In this document: positions 9,507-16,647 of the stretch, piece by piece
Layout: each line of letters begins with the position of its first letter
Position numbering within the stretch: the stretch's first letter is position 1
Source of the DNA: an uncultured Nitrososphaeraceae archaeon
GTDB lineage: Archaea > Thermoproteota > Nitrososphaeria > Nitrososphaerales > Nitrososphaeraceae
Reading direction: 5' to 3'
Assembly (NCBI GenBank): GCA_963765895.1
Contig: CAVXZB010000031.1
Span: 1 to 16,647, forward strand
Length of the DNA stretch: 16,647 nucleotides
Notes under the pieces: model-generated
Databases searched by the model: none
What the model saw: only the letters and a program-made list of their open reading frames with translations
Told to the model about the DNA's origin: nothing
Position numbers and translations under genes: made by a program

Positions 9507-9836
9507 TTGAAAAAGGTAGACGCAATCGTAAGAGCAGAGAGAATGCCTCACATAAAGGAGCGTCTAAGGGATATGGGTGTCGCAGGAATGACCATATCAA
9601 CTGTGATGGGTTGGAGCAAGACTAGAGAGCTTCACCTCCAGTGGAGAGGTCAACTTGTATCTTATGACTTAATCCAGAGGGCCAAATTTGAACTAGTCCT
9701 TCCTGATTCCCAAGTCAAAGAAGTCATAAAGGCTATAATAGAATCTGCAAGATCCGGGAAGAATGGTGAACAAGGAGATGGAATAATTTTTGTCTCAAAT
9801 GTTGATCATCTAATAAATATCAAGTATTTGGGATAA
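9507..9836 (+). CDS. glnB: P-II family signal transduction protein (non-canonical GlnB/GlnK-like)
   Basis: MKKVDAIVR, GVAGMTI, WRG T-loop, KFELV and GDGIIFV; ungapped alignment to E. coli GlnB over residues 1-62. Confidence 0.88.
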   Translation: MKKVDAIVRAERMPHIKERLRDMGVAGMTISTVMGWSKTRELHLQWRGQLVSYDLIQRAKFELVLPDSQVKEVIKAIIESARSGKNGEQGDGIIFVSNVDHLINIKYLG

Positions 9837-9965
9837 TGAATAGCGTTAGGTTATGTTACCTTATTGACTACTCATTTTTGATGTTAGCTCACGATATGAG
9901 CATCTTATCAAAGATTTATCATATAAAATATTCTTTCGCTTTTCCGACTGTAAACTAGATTATAT

Positions 9966-10730
9966 ATGAATGGGCAGGCTTTAAGATACTCTATTAATAT
10001 GTACAAGACAGCAATCATCACTGGAGCTGGCAGGGGCATTGGAAAAGAAACTGCCCTTTTATTGGCTAAAAATGGTCTAAATATTGTCGTGTGTTCTAGA
10101 ACTCAGGGTGAAATTGACTCAGTAATAAAGGAGATTAAGAAATTGAAGAATAATAATAACAATAACAATAACAATAATGCTATTGGTGTGAAATGTGATG
10201 TTAGTAAACCACTAGAAGTAAGCCAACTGGTTCAGAAGGCCATTGATTGTTTTGAAGGTGTAGATGTTTTAGTGAACAATGCAGGCATAGCATTTATCAG
10301 TAAATTAATTGATACCTCAGAAGAACAATGGAACAAAACTATCGATATAAATTTGAAAGGGACCTTCTTATGTACCAAAGCTGTTCTGCCTTTAATGTTG
10401 AGAAATGGATCTGGTGTAATAATTAATGTGAGTTCAGGAGCAGGAAAAATGGGTTTCCCTAATATTTCTGCGTATTGTGCGAGCAAATTTGGTATGATAG
10501 GATTGACTGAAAGTCTAGCGTGGGAAGTGAGTGACACAAATATAATTGTCATGGCAATATGTCCAGGCGAAGTAAATACCCGGATGCAGGAAGATTTAGA
10601 TAAAGACTATCACAGAGAAAATAAGAATAAAATGTTAAAGCCGGAACAAATCGCGCAAAGAATTGTCGAAATGATATTTAATAATCGGCATAAATACATC
10701 AGCGGTCAATCGGTTATAATCGATACGTGA
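9966..10730 (+). CDS. classical SDR oxidoreductase (FabG-like), intact; start may be ATG 9999
   Basis: TGAGRGIG, LVNNAG, INVSS, YCASK and ICPG. Confidence 0.92.
   Translation: MNGQALRYSINMYKTAIITGAGRGIGKETALLLAKNGLNIVVCSRTQGEIDSVIKEIKKLKNNNNNNNNNNAIGVKCDVSKPLEVSQLVQKAIDCFEGVDVLVNNAGIAFISKLIDTSEEQWNKTIDINLKGTFLCTKAVLPLMLRNGSGVIINVSSGAGKMGFPNISAYCASKFGMIGLTESLAWEVSDTNIIVMAICPGEVNTRMQEDLDKDYHRENKNKMLKPEQIAQRIVEMIFNNRHKYISGQSVIIDT
10149..10178 (+). repeat. AAT/AAC trinucleotide tract encoding Asn10 inside the SDR
   Basis: Ten consecutive Asn codons read directly. Confidence 0.95.
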
Positions 10731-10919
10731 TATTACGTTGTTGTTCTGATCAAATAAATTCAGAACAAGTATTATATGTTTGGCTGCAATACTTGGTCTA
10801 TTTTTAAGATATACTGATTATGCTACATATAAAAAAAATAATAATAACAATAATATGAAGATTGTGACCAGTGAACATATCTTATTGTTGTAATTATGAC
10901 GATGGATATAAGGGCCTTC

Positions 10920-11351
10920 CTAATCAGCTATTTTTGATTTTACTTTTATTTTAGATTCTTTAGATAATATTGCCACAGTTATTAGTATGTAAGCGACTTG
11001 CCCTAATTCACATATCAAGGCAGTAATATCTACACTTCCTCCTTTTCTTGTAATAGGATTATCGGGAAACAGTGTAATGACATAAAGTATTATAAAACCT
11101 GCATTTCCTACGATTCCTATATAATACCAAAGTCTTCCCCATCTTTTTAGCATAGGCAATATCCAAAATACTTGTGCAATTCCGGATCCTAAAAAGAATA
11201 TTGCAACTGCCAGATTTTCAAATACCATGGGAAATGCAAATGGTATGTACAGATGTACTATTCCAGCAGTTGCAGTAGCTACTGCAGCAGCAATAAAGTA
11301 GTATCGGTAATGTTGAAATGAAGGCTGTTGTTGTCTAATATTTTTTGACAC
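10920..11351 (-). CDS. hypothetical 4-TM membrane protein
   Basis: Four hydrophobic segments, with motifs AGIVHLY, FFLGSGIAQVFW, WYYIGIVGN and ELGQ. Confidence 0.75.
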   Translation of the reverse strand: MSKNIRQQQPSFQHYRYYFIAAAVATATAGIVHLYIPFAFPMVFENLAVAIFFLGSGIAQVFWILPMLKRWGRLWYYIGIVGNAGFIILYVITLFPDNPITRKGGSVDITALICELGQVAYILITVAILSKESKIKVKSKIAD

Positions 11352-11466
11352 GTTCTACCTGTACTTCTTATTTTACTTTATATTTATATCATTGTCTTTC
11401 CTTTAATCAGCGCAATGCGCCACTTAAATGGATTTTTAAAGTACCAATTAGTTCGCGTGTCAAATT

Positions 11467-11489
11467 ATCTAATCTAATCTAATCTAATC
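11467..11489 (+). repeat. (ATCTA)4.6 pentanucleotide tandem repeat
   Basis: ATCTAATCTAATCTAATCTAATC read directly. Confidence 0.9.
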
Positions 11490-11865
11490 GTAGCTATTAT
11501 TGTTATTTCAATATGCTCGAGCTGAACAAGCGTAAAAGCAATACAGTAACACCAATATAGAGTGCTGTTATTGATACGAACCATAAAATATCATTTTCGA
11601 TCAATAAAATGGGATATCTTAAACAACAATAAAAACATGTGGCATTTCCCGAATTATCCTACCACTCTCTTTTTTCCGATCATCAACTAGCCTTTAAAGG
11701 TAGTAAAGTGTCACCTCTGAATAAATAAAGCAGGTTATTGATAAGACAAAATTAATATCAGCCAGCCCTATTTGAAATATTTGTGAAGTCATTCCATATT
11801 CGAGTGATTATTATGTGAGGCGTTTGATAAGATCGCTATTAGACATTTATTGCAAGTCATGCCCG

Positions 11866-12139
11866 ATGTTATCATAAATAAATGTCGGCGTAATCGGTCT
11901 CGAGCTGATGGGATCACAAATAGCAATCAGGCTAGACTTTAGAGCGTTATATCGTTACAGTTTTTAGCAGGGACAAGTCAAGAGTACAGAAGATCCTTGC
12001 ATCCAGTACAACTAATTTAAAAGCGGCTAGTTTACCCAAAGAGATAGGAGATACTTGCGATATGGCCATAATTTGTGTAAAAGATAATCAAGCTGTAGTA
12101 GATGTATCGTTTTCATCTGGAGGCACCAAAACGGAGTAA
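11866..12139 (+). pseudogene. NAD(P)-dependent beta-hydroxyacid dehydrogenase (3-hydroxyisobutyrate/6PGD NAD-binding) N-terminal remnant
   Basis: MLS*INVGVIGLELMGSQIAIRL / VTVFSRDKSRV...PKEIGDTCDMAIICVKDNQAVVDVSFSSGG. The GxGxMG motif is mutated to GLELMG; one stop, one frameshift, and truncated. Confidence 0.78.
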
Positions 12140-12372
12140 CAAACCTCTAATTATATCCTATCTAAAAGGGCATTCTAAATCTGTGCGCATTATCTATAGC
12201 CATATATCTTCTTACAACTAGATTTTAATTTAGACATACAGCTTCACGTACTTAGATAAGACGCGAGATCACATTCAATGCTTATTCTTGTAGCATGTTC
12301 ACTTGTTTACTGAAGTAGGTTAACGAACTGCAATTTATATGTCAATTTGGGTGATATCATTAGTATGGCTCA

Positions 12373-12990
12373 TTACCTGCTGGCACTATTGTTGTTTATA
12401 CTCAATTCAGTAACATAAAGCCTTAGCTTGTCGTCGCAGTAGGCAGCAGCTTCCTCTGTCTTTCGCTTTTTCTTTTTAGCTTCTAACTGCTTCGTCATTA
12501 ATCGTCTAGCTATTCTTGGATTATTCTTCTCTAGCCATTTTGCAAATGCTTCCTCCTCTTTCAGATTTTTTTGTAAAGCTTTGATAGTTTTCTTTTCTGT
12601 ATTTAATAATTCAAGTGCTTGAATACCACCTTGGTACATAATTGCCTCCGCTTTTTCTATTATCAGATCATTTAGTGATTCCCAAACTTCTCTTTCATTA
12701 GTAGAACTTCCAGCTTCTATCATGCTTTTCAGAGATTGCGGCGGCTCAGGTATAGGCAATCTACCACTCTCGGTGATTGGTTCTCCACCCATCGCTATTA
12801 TTCTATCCTTTAAACGTCCCTGTTGTTCTCTTGTCTGGACTAGATGGCGACCAAGTCTTTCTTTGATTTCCGCATCAATAGTTTCAGATAATCTCTTCTC
12901 CAGCCTATATACAGCAGCATTTTCATATGACAACGCAAGGTTAAGTCCAGCTAAGGCAATCATATTACTCCTATCAAATGGATACATCAT
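12373..12990 (-). CDS. ferritin-like protein, DUF892/YciE-YciF family
   Basis: ALSYENAA..RL, HLVQTREQQGRL...MGG, EKAEAIMY and NLKEEEAFAKWL form a four-helix pattern. Confidence 0.82.
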   Translation of the reverse strand: MMYPFDRSNMIALAGLNLALSYENAAVYRLEKRLSETIDAEIKERLGRHLVQTREQQGRLKDRIIAMGGEPITESGRLPIPEPPQSLKSMIEAGSSTNEREVWESLNDLIIEKAEAIMYQGGIQALELLNTEKKTIKALQKNLKEEEAFAKWLEKNNPRIARRLMTKQLEAKKKKRKTEEAAAYCDDKLRLYVTELSINNNSASR

Positions 12991-13386
12991 CCACTTTCTT
13001 ATAGCGCGTCGCCTATAATATCGTACTCGTGATATATAGATAAAATAATTCTAACACACTATCGTTTGTTTTTGAAATCAATCTCATAAAATAAGGTATT
13101 TCCAGAATAAATATCGCCTTTGACTCACTTAAATTGATACTCGTAACCAGTATTATAAAATACTGTACATTACTTTTGGACCTATATATGGTATTACCTA
13201 GCTACATTGAGAATCCACATTTACCCTTGATAGATAAACTGTCTGAGTTACAATTCGCCAAGCTATCTCCCTCTGTATAGACCATGTATACAGATTAAGA
13301 AGGTTCAGATCTGCACTTCATGTGAAGCTGACTTGATAATCTAACAGAATCTTAAATAATTTAACACACATTATTTAGAGCATTAT

Positions 13387-13962
13387 TTGGATCAAACTAG
13401 CATTCCGAGAATCTCACTTACTGCAAATATTTGGATCGTTATACCGATATCCGCACTAATAGCAGCGGTCGTAACTACTAATTTCCTTTTTCTTAATTAT
13501 GTGCACATTTTTAGCTCCATATTATGGACTGGGACGGACATATTTATGGCCTTTCTGTTGGGTCCTGTACTTAGAAGGATCAGCCTTTCTGCACGTAAAG
13601 AAGTAATTTTTTGGCTTATGCCAAAAATGGTGTTTTTTATGCCAACTATGGCTGCTGTTACAACTACAGCTGGCTATTTTCTTGCCTCAAAAATGGGTTT
13701 GATTACTGGAAATCCACCGGTAGTTTATTGGATTTCCGCTGTATTGGTTATTGTTATTATAATGATAGTACTCGGACTTGGTATATTATTGCCAATTAAT
13801 CTCAGAGTGTATTTTGAGCTTAGAAAGAACGAATCTGACATGTCAAGAATTCAGAAACTTATGAAAAGGTACGTGACAGTAGTTGCAGTACAAGCCGCAT
13901 TACAGTTTATTATAATCTTTATTATGGCAGAATTTGCTACGGGATTCTCACTTCATCTTTGA
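13387..13962 (+). CDS. conserved hypothetical membrane protein (CopD/DUF2269-like helical pattern)
   Basis: About 5 TM helices, with motifs NYVHIFSSILWTGTDIFMAFLLGP, TTTAGYFLA and GILLP.N. Confidence 0.78.
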   Translation: MDQTSIPRISLTANIWIVIPISALIAAVVTTNFLFLNYVHIFSSILWTGTDIFMAFLLGPVLRRISLSARKEVIFWLMPKMVFFMPTMAAVTTTAGYFLASKMGLITGNPPVVYWISAVLVIVIIMIVLGLGILLPINLRVYFELRKNESDMSRIQKLMKRYVTVVAVQAALQFIIIFIMAEFATGFSLHL

Positions 13963-14297
13963 AAAATTATAGACACGTGAAATTAGCGTAAACCAACTTT
14001 AAAGATTCGAAATTTTCCATTCTTAATCATTAGATTTAGTTTAATTATGCTGATTCTTTAAAGTAATTCGATGCCGGTCTAGACTTAATTACCAGGTTCA
14101 AACATTCTATTGGTCTAATGTGAAAACAATCATTTCAATCTATGATTTGGATCAAGCATTATAACTATAATGTAGAACATGGTTGATAATATCTCATAAT
14201 GTGGCGCTCAATAGTGATTCAAAGTCAGTTATTTCACAAATGACATTCTATGTATGATATTGATTGATCGCTGGTCTTATTTAATTGATATTTATCG

Positions 14298-14739
14298 TTA
14301 GTCCAGTACTCTAAATATATCTACGTCATTAACCAAAATTTGAAGCTGATTTAATTCCTCCTTCACTCTGTTAACAAAGTCATCAATTGCAATCGGTTTT
14401 GAAATAAAACATCTTCCATCCTGATCTAATTCTTGGAATGAGGTCTGCCAAATTTCATTGTACTTCTCAGATGCTGTCAGAAAACATACCTTAGCCTTAT
14501 TGTCTATCTTTGTTATCTTCCTACATAATTGTAATCCATCCATCGTAGGCATACGTATATCAAGAATAATGAGCTCAAAATCATGGTTTAAAGTTTAATA
14601 ATGCTAATAGAGAATCATTATACACATCTACCACAAACCCGTGATCTTCCAAAACTGATCGAAATAATGAAGTAAGGTAAGTTTCGTTATCTACAAGTAA
14701 TATCCTTTTTGATTTAACATTGTGATTATTGCTGTTCAT
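14298..14739 (-). pseudogene. stand-alone response-regulator receiver domain, frameshifted
   Basis: ATG 14739: MNSNNHNVKSKRILLVDNETYLTSLFRSVLEDHGFVVDVYNDSLLALLNFKP*. After a frameshift near 14583: DFELIILDIRMPTMDGLQLC...VCFLTAS...FISKPI. The phosphoacceptor Asp, Thr and KP are kept. Confidence 0.85.
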
Positions 14740-14865
14740 TCCTATTTTTCTCGTCCTTTATCATATCACGCTACCATTAATACTAATGGATTTTACAGTT
14801 AAACCCGACTTCGGTAGTAGTAGTAAGGCCGCATGAATTCAAACAAATTAACGGCCGTTATAGAA

Positions 14866-15090
14866 TCCAGTCGGTCTTGGAATAACTCCTGTGACATCAG
14901 AGATTCGCTCTAACTGCTGGATCGATTGGACAGGAAGTACCGTCTGGATCCTTTGTATTATATGTTGTATAACATAGTTAACTCTGGACAAAATAGCAGT
15001 TTAATTATATCTGTAGTTGCGATTCTGATCGCTGGTACATCAACCTCAATCAAGTTATAACTTGATTGCAAGGATCCACCGACTTTTTTT
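14866..15090 (+). ncRNA. candidate structured non-coding element (unknown family)
   Basis: Stem 14866-14876/14920-14930 (11 bp, 2 G-U) encloses two small hairpins. Stem 14945-14953/15070-15078 (9 bp perfect, extendable) encloses further hairpins and is followed by T7 at 15084-15090. Confidence 0.3.
15047..15068. repeat. perfect 22-bp palindrome CAATCAAGTTA|TAACTTGATTG
   Basis: Read directly; no spacer. Confidence 0.92.
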
Positions 15091-15581
15091 AATGATTTAT
15101 TGACCTACATATTATATCCCTGCCTAGTTTTAAAATAACAATTTATCTCTATTTTTTTAGAAATGTCGCTAGATCCTCTCCTTGATGGTGGTAGATGCAG
15201 ACTAAAACACTAGTGACATTATGTTCCATGGAGACAATAGCAATCTTTGGTAATTAATACACTTGTTCATAATGTTATATGATGATAATATAACACTTGC
15301 ACAGACCGAAATAGATAAAATCTATTTAATGGTCTTCTGGCTCTAGAATTATCACTCTAGTTTTTTTTAGTAACTCGAATGTGGGTTAGGCCTAGCTCAT
15401 TGCAATTGCAATGGTAAATCAAGTCATTAGTTGACAGACATTTTTATCTTCGACTGCTAACAGGTTAGTTGAACTATATAAATTCTATATGCTATATAAT
15501 TCTCTGATCACACTATACAGATTTTTTAATAACATTTATAAATATCATAAAAAATTATATTAATTAAAGGTATAAGATTCG

Positions 15582-15834
15582 ATGAATTCCATTAACTTTA
15601 TAAAACCGTTTCTGCATGAGTGCAATTGCCATTTTGCGCTTTGTGAAACATGCTTTTGGTGCGCAAGTTATTTTTTGCCCAAATCAAGTTCGGAAGATGT
15701 TTTCGATAAGGTTTTGATTTGCCCTTACTGTAAAACCACACCCTCACTTATTCCATTAAACAGTAATGAAAGCTATATTATATCAATGAATGCTCGCTCG
15801 TGGACTTGAAGTCCAGTTCTCCAAATTAAGATAG
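15582..15834 (+). pseudogene. small Zn-ribbon-like protein (CxxC...CxxC) with a frameshifted C-terminus
   Basis: HFALCETCFWCAS...CPYC...SLIPL..NESY. The expected tail RGLEVQFSKLR* (15799-15834) is out of frame, and removing one copy of the tandem GCTCGCTC (15792-15799) restores it. Confidence 0.68.
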
Positions 15835-16157
15835 AAAATTACCTTTTCATTTTATTTAGAGTTATAACTAATTAGGTCTATGTCCTCAGTTATAATGAGA
15901 TATGAATTAATAATTACGCAAAGGTGTTTAAAGATATTGACATGTCAAGAAAGCAAGAAAAGTATAGTCAATATCAAATAAAATTGGTACCGTTACTACT
16001 TACCATTAACTAAATATATTGAGTATAGTATCTAGAAGTAGAGACGGATATACTTCAATAGAATACTGTTTTTGGAGAGACAAAGTCAATAAACGTAAGT
16101 TTTCTATCATCTCAAACGCATTGAATGTTGTGTTATAGATTCTCTAAGTTATTACTG

Positions 16158-16562
16158 CTACATATTTTCTACAAGGTTTTTGATAATGTATCTATGACAA
16201 TGGTCACCAACTATGGTGGAATCACAATAGCATAGTAGCGTGATATCTTTACCATCATTTACTAATTGTTTTAGTTCCCTAATTCGTTCTTGGGCATCAG
16301 TAGATTTCATTTCCATTAGAAATCGCTTTTTGTATTCAGTCCAGTCAATTTTCTTATCCTTCATGTAATCCTTATGAAGATTTTTACTTGGCGCCAGTTC
16401 TTTCCACCATTCATTCCAGGTTTCATTAGATTTGGAGAGATATCTTGGCCTGTAGCGTGCTATTAATATTCTAAGACCGTCAGATTCTTCTACAGTCTTT
16501 TCTTTCAGTGATTTAACTTTTAACGTCATTACTATTTTTCTTCCTTCCTTTGAATATATCAC
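16158..16562 (-). CDS. DUF488 (YeaO-like) family protein; start may be ATG 16529
   Basis: DGLRILIARYRPR, WWKELAPSKNL, WTEYKKRFLMEM and ITLLCYC...HCHRYII. Confidence 0.88.
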   Translation of the reverse strand: MIYSKEGRKIVMTLKVKSLKEKTVEESDGLRILIARYRPRYLSKSNETWNEWWKELAPSKNLHKDYMKDKKIDWTEYKKRFLMEMKSTDAQERIRELKQLVNDGKDITLLCYCDSTIVGDHCHRYIIKNLVENM

Positions 16563-16647
16563 TAGTCATCTTGTCCACCGGAACTCTATTGTAGGCAATA
16601 TTCCATTACTTTGTCCACTAAAATGTTCTACGCTATTTATATCATAA

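Noticed and set aside
11504-11620. Minus-strand hydrophobic stretch ILWFVSITALYIGVTVLLLRLF
   Set aside because: Possible membrane-gene remnant, but no clear start or recognisable family.
362-13799. ORF-track entries 362-565, 1061-1291, 1456-1644, 2239-2655, 3044-3313, 3228-3428, 6689-6877, 8397-8609, 8473-8925, 10232-10552, 12722-13018 and 13611-13799
   Set aside because: Mostly alternate-frame or antisense shadows of recognisable genes; none has a family motif of its own.
14265-15036. 11-bp direct repeat TGATCGCTGGT (14265-75, 15026-36) flanking the response regulator
   Set aside because: Several 11-bp matches are expected by chance in a window this size, and there are no terminal inverted repeats or transposase.
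1-16647. CRISPR array, tRNA, rRNA, or IS transposase
   Set aside because: No regularly spaced repeats, cloverleaf/T-loop signature or transposase motifs were seen by eye.

Overview
AT-rich window that looks like an accessory region of a soil ammonia-oxidising archaeon (Nitrososphaeraceae-like). This is inferred from the gene families, the short or leaderless TATA-type promoters and the Asn/Gln-rich insertions; no database search was run. Apparently intact genes: a DUF2182 metal-binding membrane protein (original 5' end possibly frameshifted), a type I phosphoribosyltransferase, a stand-alone Lrp/AsnC domain, a membrane-anchored lipase-type hydrolase, a 4-oxalocrotonate tautomerase-family protein missed by the ORF track, a roadblock-like protein divergent from a non-canonical P-II protein, an SDR, two membrane proteins, a DUF892 ferritin-like protein and a DUF488 protein. 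About ten broken genes lie among them: DUF1326, a small helical protein, an alpha/beta hydrolase, phospholipase D, a tyrosine integrase (at least 6 frameshifts), DUF72, a second SDR (4 frameshifts), a beta-hydroxyacid dehydrogenase, a response regulator and a Zn-ribbon protein. No rRNA, tRNA or CRISPR array was seen. The best leads are a highly base-paired non-coding element ending in a T7 tract (~14771-15090), the P-II protein lacking canonical 2-oxoglutarate/nucleotide-contact residues, the DUF1326-DUF2182 pair, and patchy, indel-dominated gene decay. I cannot demonstrate a complete novel system from sequence alone.
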